Positions 24,407-38,658 of a stretch of DNA of 41,248 nt are shown one piece after another. The translations under genes and the position numbers were made by a program. Source of the stretch: Conidiobolus incongruus B7586 (lineage: Eukaryota); NCBI GenBank assembly GCA_000697335.1, contig JNEM01010315.1, positions 1-41,248 on the forward strand, in the 5' to 3' direction. Each line of letters begins with the position of its first letter. Positions within the stretch are counted from its first letter, which is position 1. The notes below the pieces were generated by a model. That model had not been told where the DNA came from. It did not search any database and worked only from the letters and a program-made list of their open reading frames with translations.

Positions 24407-27400
24407 TACTATTTTTAAGCTAATCACTTTATTTTCTCTTTTTTATTTTTTCAATTTTTAATTTTAGCTTTGTAATCTTAATTTTATATGTTTTACATAC
24501 TTGGTAAATTGATGAATGATATATAATTTCAAATAGAAATTTGTATAAATAGCATGAGGCTTAAGTTTATTTCAATAATGGCAATAAATTTGTCACACTC
24601 CATTGTATTATAAGTTCCCCAGTGTTTTTGTTTCAATTAATAATATTATTAATTATGTAATTAATGTAAATAATTTCAAAGTTCATGTCATCAAACTAAT
24701 TTATAATATTTATTTTTTTATTTACTATATATTGTGAACAATATATAATTTAATATTTACCATTTAAACATGCTTTGAATATTATATTTTTTTATGATTT
24801 TGTCAAGATTGTAAAATCTGATCAATAAAACAATTAAGTTTGTATATAAATTCCAAATTACAGACTCATTAAATTATTAATAGACGCTTATTCTGAATAC
24901 TTGATAAAAATTGAGAGTATATTTTGAAAGTACTTAATATATTTATTTTACTCAAAATATTTAAAACGAATATATTGTTGAAATTCATCATTATAAGATT
25001 TTTAGCAAATTGATTTTACAAATAAAACCCAAATTTTCAACCTCAGTTATCACTATTTGGACTTTTTCAACTCATAATTAAATCAGAATAAAAAATTAAA
25101 AATATTTAACTGCAAGTTTTTATTTCAAACAAATAATGTATATATCTAATATATTATAACAAAATAATGGTATTTTTAATTACTGATTAAAGATAAGTCG
25201 AGAGTTAAGTAAAATCCAATGAAAAATAATAATTTTGTTGAGTTACTGCAATTTTAAAGATAACAAGATTAATCTGGAAATACCAAATGCTATTTTATAT
25301 TTAGAGAGCGCAAAATATATCCAATACCTCATTGTTTAATTATAAACCATGTATAATATATTTAATAAAACCGAATTCAACCAATACTTAGTGAAATGTT
25401 TCATTAATTAAAAAAACTATATTCTAATATTGTAATTGAACTGAAAATAATATTGGTAAATCATTTAAAATATTAATGTAAAATTCTGCAATACGATTAA
25501 ATATGCATTTTTTATTTGATATATATTTAATCAATATTAGAAAAATAATATCTTTATTATTTTTAATTACTTTTTAAAAACCTAGCACAATATTTTGTAG
25601 TAAGTTTTCAATAATCTAATAATTGAATTTATTATATTGAACTTGGTGTTAATCTGATTACTGATATATATAATATCAAGAATTTTAATTCAATCAATTT
25701 TATTATAATCATAGTCTTAATATGAATAATTTTTGAATTTTCAATTTTCAATTTTTACAAATTATAAATATGTAAATATTTAAAAAGATTTGAAAATTTA
25801 ATAATATCAATTTTATATAATATTTATAATTATCAAATACCTTGATATTTTCAATATTTTGAAAATTTTTAGCAGGTTATAAATTATATTAATATTATTA
25901 CAGAATACATCTTCATATTAAAGGTCAATCAGTTAAATTGTTACAGATAAGATATCATCATTTGTAAATAACTACTCAAATATATATTTTTCAAAATATC
26001 TAAATAATTTGACTAAAATTTTTGTATAATTGAACCAATTGCTCAATTAGCTTAAGGATATTATAATTTTGCTTCAATTGTAAATAGGTCACAACTATCA
26101 AAATATTCAAAATCTCTCTATCCAATTACATATTAAATAATTGTTATGACTATATAATGAGATAATAAATTCATAATCATATATTATCATATACAGGAGA
26201 ACATTGTAATTTTTCAGTTTGGTAATAATTAAAATATATAACTAATTAATTTATTATTTTTAATAAAAAGTTCAATTTTTTTAATTTTTATAAAAATATA
26301 ATATAAAAATAATTCAGTAATTTTGATAATATTAATATAAAATAATAATAAATTATATTATTATTATTTTTTCTTTATAATTTTTAAAAGGTTTTAATGT
26401 ATTCAGATTTGGTAATTTATAAAAGGTTGACTTTAAAAATAAATCAAAATATAATTTAGATTATCAATTGTTTTTCAGTAACTGATTGTATTTGAAAATT
26501 GAGCTAATACTGTAATAAAATCGTATACTGCAGTAAAATTAAGATAAAGTTTTGATATCTGTTGCTTTAGATTATTCATATATTATTAAATTAAACAAAA
26601 TTATAACATTAAAATATTAAGTTATAAACCAAATTGATAGCATCAAATATTCAAGGAAACAATACTATAGCTTAATCTCTTAGCACTTTGATATGTTAAT
26701 AATTATTTTTTCAATAATATTATTTAAAATAATCTCTTTATATTAGAATTTCTGAGAATGAGGTTGATTATAAGACAATGGAGTAAATAATTTTGACTCT
26801 GAGTCTGATGGCAGTTGAATCAAAGTTGGCATATACTAATATATTTATATATGCCTCAGTATGTTAATCTTTCTGCACTTTCATTATATTAGGTTATACA
26901 TAAAAGAATCAAGGTAAAACATTCTTAATATTTTATTTAATTATGTCCTTATATCTACACAATTTTAATTTGGTTAATTTGAATGATGCAATTTTGAGTC
27001 ATTGATAAATGCTTTAGTCTAAATATCAATTGTTGATTTGATCAGATTTGTTTACCAAATTATCGGTGATGAAATCAAAAATTACTGTTCTAAGCTGATT
27101 AAATTCCAACTACTAAGGTTATTTCTATTAAAGATATTAATACAATTTGAATAACATTTTTTAAAATATTTAAAAATTTTAATATAATGACATCTATCAC
27201 TAATATTATTAATTAATTAATTAATCAATTTTTCACCTATTGATATGATTGAATAATAAAAATATAAACTGTAAATTCTCAAATTTCAGTTCATTAATTT
27301 AATGATCAAAATTACAGTTTTTATACTATAAAAATCTAAATTCGTTCAATACATTCTATTTTACTTGACTTTGTCTTAACCATATATGATTATATATCAA

Positions 27401-27815
27401 GTAAATGCTCAAAGACTTTAAAACTCTAAAATAAATTTAAAAAATTGTAAATAATATAGTATTTTTCCTAGTTAAAATTTGCCAAATTGATAAAATTTCC
27501 AATTATAGGAACCGGTCCTACCCTTAACTAACTTGGGATTCAATACTTATCACTTATAATATTAGTTAATATTAAAGAAATATGATTTGCTTAAAAATTC
27601 ACCCTTAGAGTGAGAAAAATTTATTAATAATAAATAGATTAAAATTAGTAATTAAGTGTCTGAATTTTCCCATTTATTGAAATTATGAAGACGGGTATAA
27701 ATGAGTGAATTTTCCTACCAATTCTAAATTAATTTTAATCCTAAATTATTATCAATTTTTAATTAATTTTACTTTGTTTTTTTTAATTGGTATTTAATAA
27801 GTGTATTTTTAAAAC

Positions 27816-29462
27816 ATGGATGACGAAGATTTTATGTACTCTGACGACAATGAATATAACGACGATTATTTGGAGTCGGAAGACCCTCAATTCGATGATA
27901 TGGACTATTTAGAAGATTACATTCATAGTTCAAACCCCAGTGGTAACACTGGTGACTCGAAGAAAAAAGCTCATATGGTCGACTATCAATCTTATGACTT
28001 TAACTGGGTTCAACAAAAACAATTGGAAGAAGCCAAACATGTCTCCGACATATATGGCCTTTCAATAAACACTGCTACCACATTACTGCGCCAATTCAAA
28101 TGGAAGAAAGAACGTCTTCTCGAAATGTTGGCCGAGGACCCCGATACAGTCCTCTCCAAGAGCGGAGCTATTGCCGATTCAGATTCTAAAGGATGTAATA
28201 TTGATGAAATGATCCCCGGATTTTTGTGTCCAGTTTGTTATAATGAAGATTCTAGCGTAAAATCTGTCAAACTTCCTTGTGGTCACAGATTCTGTATTGA
28301 ATGCTGTGAACATTATCTCAATGACAAGATTTTAGTTATGGAAGGACACGGTATTAAGTGCATGGAAGCTTGTTCTTATAGATTGGACGACTCTATTGTT
28401 AAAATGTTAGTCACTCCAGAAAGTTATAAGAGGTGAATATTTTATTTTTCGTTATTCTTTTATATACATTATTAACCATTAATCTTAGATATCAATATGC
28501 TGTTTGTAAGGCTTTTATTGAAGATAATGAAAAATTAAGGATTTGTACAGATGCTGAATGTCAAAATGTAGTTTATTGTCCCCTATCTTCTAACGATTTC
28601 AACATTATTGTCCCTTCTGTCAAGTGCCTCTCTGGTCATGAGTTCTGTTTTGGATGTGACAATGGTGAACACGGTCCTTGCCCCTGTTTAATTGTCAAAA
28701 CTTGGCTCAAGAAATGTGAGGATGACTCTGAAACAAGTAACTGGATTCATGCACATACCAAAGAATGCCCTAAGTGTTCATCCACAATTGAAAAGAATGG
28801 TGGCTGTAACCATATGACTTGTAGAAAGTGTTCTTATGAATTCTGTTGGATGTGCATGGGCGCTTGGAATATTCACGGACAGGCTTGGTACAACTGTAAT
28901 AGATATGATGATCAGAGCAGTAAGGATGCTAGAGATAAACAGGCTCGTTCTAGAGAAAATTTAGAAAGATACTTACACGTAAGTTAATTTTCAATAATTT
29001 TCCTTAATAATCTATTAACATTTTTTACTTATTTAGTATTATAACCGTTATATTAACCATATTCAAAGTGCTAAACTCGATGTCCAACTCTACCAATCCA
29101 CTGAGAAAAAGATGCAAGAAATTCAACAAGATCAGGCCATGACTTGGATTGAAGTACAGTTCATGAGACAGGCTGTTGATACCATTGTGACATGTCGTAA
29201 AACTCTCCAGTGGACATATGCTTTTGCTTTCTATCTCAAAAAGTCTAACATGACTCAAATCTTTGAAGACAATCAGAAGGACCTCGAGTATGCAACTGAA
29301 TGCTTAAGTGAACTCGTCGAAAGACCTCTTGAAAACGTCGATCTCAATGAATTGAAACGCCAGATCCAAGACAAGGCATATTACGTATCTAACCGAAGGG
29401 ATATCTTGCTTCAGGATACTGCCCAAGGTTTACTTGAAAACCGATGGGAATTTCTCCTTTAA
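27816..29462 (+). CDS. HEL1: Ariadne-family RBR E3 ubiquitin ligase (ARIH1/Hel1), 510 aa, exons 27816-28432, 28489-28978, 29037-29462
   Basis: Acidic N-terminus, RING1 (CPVC..CGHRFCIEC), IBR, RING2 TKECPKCSSTIEKNGGCNHMTCRKCSYEFCWMC, and Ariadne domain (LERYLHYYNRY, CRKTLQWTYAFAFYL, IFEDNQKDLEYATECLS). Confidence 0.95.
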
Positions 29463-32400
29463 CTGAATCATCTTTACCTCTTTGTACTTTGTAAGCATTT
29501 AAATCACATCACCATTATTTTCATACAAGTTCAGCATCAACATCTTTCATCGCTAATTATTCCAATTTATATTTTTATTGATTATATATTTGTTTGTCTT
29601 CCCCCCTGATATCTTGAGTTTTTCTTCCATGTTGCTATTTTCACAAAGGTCATTGTACCAAACATATAATTTGACACTAAATGAAATAAAAATATTTTTA
29701 GGATGTATATATAGCTTTGTATATTCTTATGATTAATTATTTTTTGATACTATAAAGTAGGCAACTAATGTAAAATTCATTTTAATATTCATTGTATTCT
29801 TTTGAAATATAATAACTCAAAAGCATACTATTTTTTGAATGAAACAATTATTCAAATTATTTGAATCAAATATATTAAAATAAATAATTGAATCAAAAAT
29901 TGGAAAAAAATAAATTAAAATATAATTATATAATATATTATAAATTTATATAAATAAATCTTAAATTTTTATATTATTTCAAAATAATAAATTTTTATTA
30001 TGAATAATTTGAAGTGAAGATCAAAATTAAAAAAAAATTTAAATTGAACTAGAATAGTTAGAATAATTTAAGTTTCATATAATCTATTTTCAATTACATT
30101 AACTTAGTCAATAGTATATATATATATTCATATTGTCTATCTATCCTTACTATGATATTTATAAATTATTACTGTGATATTTATTATATTAGTTAGTGAA
30201 CTAGACAAATTCATTACCAATTATTATTAATTTTGTTTTATATCAATTAATGCCATTTATCTAAGGACTTGTATTATACAAAATTGATAAATATTATTAT
30301 TATTAAATTCTGATTATTGTTTCATTATTATTTATTCTATTTTATTGACAGAATGCAATTTTATTTTGATTATATTTGATATTGTGATATTCAATATATC
30401 ATTGTGGTGGCAATATACCCAAAAATACATTAAAAAAACAAAATATTCTCAATTTAATATTATTATTATTCATTAAATATAGCAATTCAACATAGTAATT
30501 TAAATTATCTAGAAATTAATTATTTTTATCAATACCAATAAAAGAAAAGTATTATTCCTATATTAATTCTATTGTATTAATTTTTAAAAATAGCTTTAAT
30601 AGCTAAGTAATTTATCAAATTCAGTTTACAAAAAATCATAATTATGTTAACAAATAAATAGAATGATTTGAACAAGGGAAAATAGTAGAAATTTTAGCAT
30701 AATATTTCTTAAATTTCCTAATTTGAAATACAAATTAAAATTAATATCATTATATTTCAAAGATATCTCATATTAAAACTATATAACAATTAAATTAATT
30801 ATAAACGCATTAATTGAATATATACAATGAAATAAAATATACATTATATTAAAAATTTCAAAACAAAATTAATCAGTAAATAAGTTAATATGTTCGAGGA
30901 AATCTATTCTAAGAAAATTTATAAAAGAGAAAAAGAAATTCTTGGGTAATATATTGTAAAACAATCATTAAATCACTTCATTCATATCTTTTATTGATAA
31001 AAGGGTATATATTTTTGATATTTTTAAAGATAAACAGAGGGTATCATTAAGGAATTAAATTTTTAACTTAATAGTTTTTTGATGTAATGAAAATTATATA
31101 ACAAATATTCAATGTTTCAAGGGTTAGAATTAGTAATCATATTGGTATTAATAAAATATTTAAATATATCCATTATCTTAATACTCAAATCATTGAATCT
31201 GATTCATCAAAATAATACTATTATATTATTTATTATATAGGCATATAGTAAAGCAAAAATTCTTTTTTTGATAGATTTTAAATCATCAAGATATTTAAAA
31301 AAAATTCGTGAGCATCAATTTAATCAGAAAGGTAATGAATGCTTAATTATAAACCCTGTATTAAGATTCAAGATGACATTTACAAAATTTAAAATAAATA
31401 TTCTTGATACTGACCACTTGCTTTGAAAAATCCTCAATTTGATTGGACACTAGATAATTTATTTTTTTTCTGTTTATTTTGTATAATAAAAATCAATTTA
31501 GGGTGTATATATAGTATTTGTACTCCTTGGCCAATAGATTCGTATAAAATTAAACTGAAATTATATATTGAATCATATTGAAATTTCAATAAAAATTTTC
31601 AAAATCATGTATTATTTAACAATAAGAATAAATATAGACATTTCAAACTGATAAAAGTATAATAAAGCAATTATATATCTTTATATTGATTAATAATACA
31701 CTATGTAAAGTTAAATTTAGCTTTGACAACTTCGATATAATACAAATGGTCAGCTTCAAGAGAATTAAATTTGTTTCATTATAATAAATGTAACAAAAGC
31801 TAATATCTATATTTAAGATATTATTAATCAGTATTTGAATGTGGAAAGATCTATATTGAGTCATCAAATCAAATATGTATAAACAAATTTTATTAACATC
31901 AAAAAAAAATTCAGGTTTTTACTAAACGTTGAAATTATTTAAAGGGTAGTCAACAAAAAAGCAGGTCTGAATTTCAACTTAAAAGCCAGTTTGTATCTTT
32001 TAAATAAAAATAGAATGCAAATTTAATCACCAAAGATATAATATAATATATTTTCAACATTTTTTAAAGGTTAGCTCAAAAATTGATTAGAACTAATAAA
32101 AATTTTAAAATCTCATCAGTTCCAATTAGGTATCAATATTTTGGCAAATTTGGCCATTAGATCGGTGCGATACAATCATAACCTCAGTTTTAAAAAATTA
32201 AAATTGTGTATTGTTTAGGTCAAATAAGGCGATATTGAGCAAAGTTCAAACAAAATTATTTAAGGAAGCCAAGATATTGAAATGAAACTAAAGCGTTGGA
32301 GGTATAGATGACCGAATTGTCTAAAGTCAGATTTGAAAGCCTTGGTGTATCAGAGTGAAACATTAAAAAGGGGAATTTTTGAGAGATATGAAAAAAATTA

Positions 32401-32908
32401 TGGAAATGATTATTGAGGCAACCAAGACAAGATAAAACCAGATCGCCTCCAATTAATACCTCAATAGAATATTATTGCAGATATATGGTTTGAAAAGAGA
32501 GAAGACTGCAATTTTTCAGTTCAAAATATAACAATACCAGTGACAAATAAAGAGAAAAAATACTTAAATAATAATTTAATTTTATATAAAGTTTTAATTA
32601 ATTGAAAAGCTATAATTTTTGGTATCGCAATTGATTTGGGATTTGCGAAAACTTGTAAAAAATATTAAATAAGATTATAGCATAAGTGTAATAGTGATGT
32701 GAAGATATAAAAAACTGGTTCAATTATGGTGGTTGAGGATGGATCGGTGTGTTCAGAATGATGAAGAAGCTAAGTCACAAAGTTCTGCGGTAGATAGGAG
32801 GATGGGTAGTGAGCTGTGAGGAACATATACATAATATAGATGTGTGGTGTGACAATATGACAAATAGATAATAAAATACTTAAGAGCGTATCGGTTCTTG
32901 GACGATAT

Positions 32909-33914
32909 TTACATATCTTTAGACTTTAGGAAAACATCGCGCTGGATGAGAAGCTCGGTGAGCCAGCACTGCACCTGAGGGTGAAGCACTTTACTCTGTG
33001 TCGAGTCAAAGAAATCTTGGAGGTTGAGTTTTTCATCGGCTATAAGGAGTTCAATTAATACTTATTGGGAAAAGCTATCAAGCTTTGACTTACCTTTTTC
33101 GTATTCGAAAGCTTGGACAAGCATTTCAAACTTATCTAAATCCTTTACAAGCTTAGCTTCTGATGTAACATTATCCTCATACTCCTTCCAAAGTTGGAAA
33201 ATATTCTGAATAGGCAAAGAGTTGTCAAGGTTTTTGATGAAGGTTTGCATAGCCTCCTAAAGAATTATAAATAAATTTATATTATTTACACTTCAAATGA
33301 TTATACCATTTCAAGTTCTTGTTTTTTCTCTTTGCTGATACCTGAAGATGGTGCAATATCGCCCTAAATTTATGATAATTAAGTACAGAAATAATTTAAA
33401 TGATTGCTTGCTCGACTTACAACAATGGCTTCAGCTAAATCGTGTACAATGGCTATTTTAATACATCTAAAAAGATATAATATTAGAAATGTATTCAAAG
33501 TTGATAAATGAATTAGTATTTACTTGTCGCGATCGATAGTATTATCTTCAATCATCATAGCCATAATACCCATTCTATGCATGTGGTCGGCGATGGATTC
33601 GGGGTTTTTTACATGATTTTCAATCCATCCTGTACGTTTTATTTTCTGCTTGAAATTATGTTAATATAAATTCATTATAAAATATAATACAATTGACTCA
33701 GGCCAATTGAAATCGCAAATGAAATGATCATTACCTTGAGCTGTTCGATTTGATTGAAGAAGGAGAGTAATTTGATTGGATTAGACCACAAGTTAGTGGG
33801 TGCTGTAGTGTTCTTAGAATTTATATTGGTATGAAAATCGGCTCCATGTTGGTCGCCATTAGGAGGACGAGGCCCACAGTTAGTAGCGGTGGGATAGCAA
33901 TTTGTTTCGGTCAT
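32909..33914 (-). CDS. HDDC2: HD-domain 5'-deoxynucleotidase (HDDC2 / yeast YGK1-YBR242W family), 6 exons
   Basis: LKKIKRTGWI..PESIADHMHRM..CIKIAIVHDLAEAIVGDIAP..KQELEMEAM..LWKEYE..EAKLVKDLDKFEMLVQAFEYE..LQDFFDST; has an N-terminal extension of about 45 aa. Confidence 0.93.
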
Positions 33915-36900
33915 TTAAACCCTTTATGATTATTATATAATTTTAACCCTGATGGATTTTTGTTGGAGCTTCAAGTGAATGCTTACTTTGAAGTAATTTC
34001 ACTTAGGTAATGAATGAATGGGATTTGAAAATATTGTTTTAATCAATGTTTGAAATGCAAATTAAAAATCTTATCTAGTTTAAAATCACCCAATGAAGTT
34101 TAAAGATAGAGCGTTAAGTAAACTGATAAGGTGACACTTATGTAGTATAAATTCAATTCGAAATATGAAGAGAAGACAACACAATAAAATTAATTAACTA
34201 GAAGATATGAACAACAATAACACACCCCAATATTAATTTCAAGGTTTCAAGGTTTTGATAAGTGGTAGTATTTGGTATAAAGTGATAAGATGAAGCTTTG
34301 ATAAACCTTTAATCGAGAAAAAGAAAAAACTTGAGGAGACTCTATGGAAGAAAGGTTATAAAGAAAGATGAAAACCAATCAAGAGTAAAATGCTATAATC
34401 GAAAGTCGTATAAAGATAAATTAATCAATAATAACATAAGTAGATAAAATTAAATTCCATATTTGAAATTGATTTGGTCTAAATTGAAGAATGTGATTGG
34501 ATGATGATGATTGCAAATTGCATAATGATTGGAAATTCATTAAGTGATATTAGAACATTTCAATACTTGTTCAATTGTAACGTTACATTAGGATTTGAAA
34601 TGAATAGTTTGAAAATATCTTCCCATATCATGACATCTTCATCAATATAAGCAGCCAATCATTATTTACTGAATAATGTAAAATATCCCACAGATTAATC
34701 GATGAAATCATATTTTAATTGTTATCAATTTGGTTATGTCTATTTTATTGCAATTAGGAAGTGATATTTTGATTTACCACCCGCCTAATCCAAAGATGAA
34801 ATCATTGTAAATTAATTTTAAAATTTGAATTTTTACCCAAAATGACGATTAATTTAACCAAATCATTTTAAAAGTCAATAAAAAATTAATATAAATTCAA
34901 TATTCCCCTTAGTTTATCAAGTTATTAATATTTTAATCTTATCAAATCATAATATACAATTAACAAAAATATCAATTTTAAAAATTATTCAGATCCATTA
35001 TTATGATCAAATTCAATAAACTGATTAAAAAATCATACCAGTACAAACCTATTAAGGTTTAACTAAATTGAGTTAATCCAAATTGGCATAAACTGGCAAA
35101 CCCGAAATCAATTTATCATATTTACTTATTTAGGAATTGATTTTAAGTCCAATTAATTATTTTATCCTATTTAATCAAGTTCAAATTTTGATTGTAAAAC
35201 CCAAATTAGCAATTAACTCATCTTTGTAGGTAAACAGACTCATTAATTTTATTAAACCAGAGTAAGTTTTATTAATATATTTATATCATTGTTAGAAATA
35301 AAGAATGATATTTGAATCGGTATGATACCAATTGTTATCATTTAACATTCTTTAGTCTTGAAGGTGAATTTATGTTATGTAAAAAACGAAGATTAATGAT
35401 CAAATATTTAGCAAATAACAGATAAATAGTTATAAAAACTCATCCAAATGTACATATGTTATCATTGCCAAATTAAATTGTAACAGAAAATATAACACCA
35501 CCACTATTCCTTCGAAGAGCACAAAATATCACCATAATCACTCCAAGTGTCTTTTTGAATATCCAAAATAAATATTTATTTTACCAAAATACAAATTTGA
35601 TTATTTGAAAAACTGCTATCAAATCAAAAATTATGCAAATTTTCCAATATTTGAACCAATCAAATTGATTGAAATCAATTGAATATTCTAATTATAATGA
35701 AATCATCAGATGTGAAATTAATTCATCAAAGTTCAGCTGTTATTAAGTAAAAATATTATAAAAACGATCCTTTTATTAAATCTTTTATATTAATATCCTT
35801 CCATTCTTATTAAATTAATTGTACAAGTTCTGAAATGTTATTACTATTAATATATCATGATAATTACCTAGAGCCAACCAAATTTAAACATTGGATATCA
35901 GACTTTGTTTGATTGATGTAACTGTACATCTTCAATACTAATGATACATTAATCATTACCTACAAGTTAGATAATATAGATTATTATATGCAACCTTGAA
36001 AGAATAAAATTAACTTAAATTCATTGAACAATTAAATACCAGTTTTCAATCATCCACTATCACATTCCTCAGTAATAAGACAAGCTAGCATCATTTTACC
36101 CTATCATAAAACTCATTTTCCTTGCATTATCCACCATCATGAGACTTTATACTATCTTCAATCTACCCAATTAGTCATCTTTAGCCCTAATTTAAGCCAG
36201 CTTTAAAGAATTCTGCATAATGGAGGTGTTATTAGTATCAATTGATAGAAAGATCCGAGTTTGATCGATTCCCCGCTTCTCAAGCTGTAAGCTGATCAAA
36301 CTTGGGATTAACATTTGCGATTCCAAAAATTCCTTTTACTGGAATTTTCACTATTTACACTATGCCCAGAAATTTAAATATTTTTAAAGGTTACCCAATA
36401 ACTTTTGTTTTATTTACATTTGCCGTTTTGGATTATTGTATAAATAATGGTAAATTTGGAATGGTTGCCAAGTACTCTGATACCATTTTCAGCTCTAATC
36501 AAATAATCAATTTATTTTTTAATAATGACATTATGAAATCATATTATTCTTTGGGTTTGAAATCAATGCTTTAAAATTTAGAGTTTTTTTCAAATTCAAA
36601 ACTGATTCACTCAACTTTTTGAATTAAATAAATTATATTGAATGTCGAAAAATATATAATAAAATTGAAAAATAGTAATTGGCCAAATACTAATAAATAA
36701 TAAAAATATCACCATTATAAAATACCTTTTTAGTATCAATGTTAAATCTGTCGCCCCTTTTAATTAATTTATGTTCGGCCTAATTAATCAAATATTCTTT
36801 TTCTCTTTTCATTATTTGATATTTGATTACTTTTTGGATATTTTTTCTTTGCAATGGTGAGGGGAATATGAATGTTAGACAAGAGAATTAAAGTGTTGGG

Positions 36901-38586
36901 TAATATATTAGAGAGGATCTTGATTTATTATACCATTTTTGATTTGGTGATTTAGTGCTATAAAGGTCACAATAAGAGATATTAGTATTAAGATTCCATT
37001 AATAAATCTTAACTCACAAATAATATTACAAGTTCAATAGGGGAATAAAAGAGAGGAACAATATATTTTGGCATAGTCAGGCTTTTCAGATTCGGATCGA
37101 TATACTACAAGAACAATAGATAGTTAGCAAAGCGCAGCATCTTTTCATCTGCGCAATCAATATGTAATAACTACCTGCTGTATACGATTTAACAACTGTT
37201 CTTTATATTCTTTACCTGCGGAAGTGGGAAGGGGGCATTTAATGTAATAGTTTTAATCCAAAATCGCAAAATGGTTTAAAGTAAAAAATTAAAAAACTCG
37301 AAATTTTTGACTAATAAATATGATTTAATCCAATATATTTTTAAATATTATCAATACAGGTTGTAATCACTGAATTCTTGATAATTATATTAAATATGGC
37401 TATATTGGTAAGATATTTGAAATAAACTTGTATACTGGTAATTAAAAAAAATCTAATAAAAACAATTCAAAAAATGAACTGAACCCAAATACTTTGAGTT
37501 TAAATTTTAAATGAGGTTCCCTCAATTAATCACTATTAACTGATTATTTATTATTATATCAAATATTTAATTTATATTATATTTATATTAGGTTTTATTA
37601 TTATGATTTATGTTTATTAACTTTTTAAGAGATTTATCCTACATTTTCCCCTATTATTTTTATATAATAGATGCATATGCGAGGTACTGATAATTACTTT
37701 AAAATATACAAATATTCAGTTTGAAATCTTCATCAGAAACGAATTGGTTTGTAATATGATTTTAAGGAGGTACTGATATCGAACTTGGTGAATTAAATAT
37801 ATAAGTTGAAATGATTTTAATTAATAAAATAATTGAACTTTAATATCCTTAAAAATTCCAATGTCGTCAAATAAAAATCTAAAATCATTTAAAAGGGCAA
37901 AATTCTTATTACCTCATATTAATATGATCCTTTAACTAAAATATATACCTAAGGTCATATAAAAATATATAATTTTCGAATGATCAAAAATAAACTATTT
38001 ATCGTTAATTTAGTTTTAGTGATTTCTTTTGAGTTATATTGCTTTCAACCTCATTATTTAACTTATTAATTCTATATTAATACATATTGGTCTAGTTATT
38101 AACTATATTGAAAATGCAAGCTAATTATACTAATTATTTTTAACATTATTCTTCTAGAAACATTGAGCTAAAATAAAATAATCCTTATAGTTAAATTTAT
38201 TAATAATAGAAGCCATCATACCAAAAATAATATAATTAATTAAAGATATATCATCTTGAGTAACATCTACCAAAATGGTGTTAAATGTTTTTTAATATAT
38301 ATTCAATTTTTGACCAATAAAAAACACTATAAAATCAATTTACAAATTAGAAAACTAAAACTTGATATTATTACAAGATTCGTTTCAACCAATAATCAAA
38401 TCAAATTAATCTAAAAATTTCCTAATCAAATTTTGTCAATACTAAAAATTTTCCAAAAATAAATTTAGAAAATATTTTTTTTAATATTATTTTGTAAAAA
38501 TTATATTATGTTTAATTAAAATATAGTGTGAAAGGAATGTTTATATTTTAAAAAAAAATTAATTCAAATCCTTTAAGGAAAAGAAA

Positions 38587-38658
38587 CTCCGATACAGGGA
38601 ATCGAACCCTGGCCGTCTCGGTGAAAGCGAGAAATCCTAACCACTGGACCATATCGGA
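38587..38658 (-). tRNA. tRNA-Glu(TTC) copy 4
   Basis: Identical 72-nt sequence. Confidence 0.97.

Noticed and set aside
22606..33209. ORFs 22606-22788, 29025-29258, 31643-31867 and 33024-33209
   Set aside because: Antisense to real exons, or low-complexity AT-rich translations without recognisable motifs.
36221..36574. tRNA-like/SINE head at about 36221-36285 and the 90-aa ORF 36302-36574
   Set aside because: Only loose A/B-box resemblance with no cloverleaf; the ORF has a TTG start and no recognisable domain.
36850..37250. Purine tracts followed by TG as PPT-LTR junctions
   Set aside because: No matching LTR end, TSD or integrase remnant could be found.
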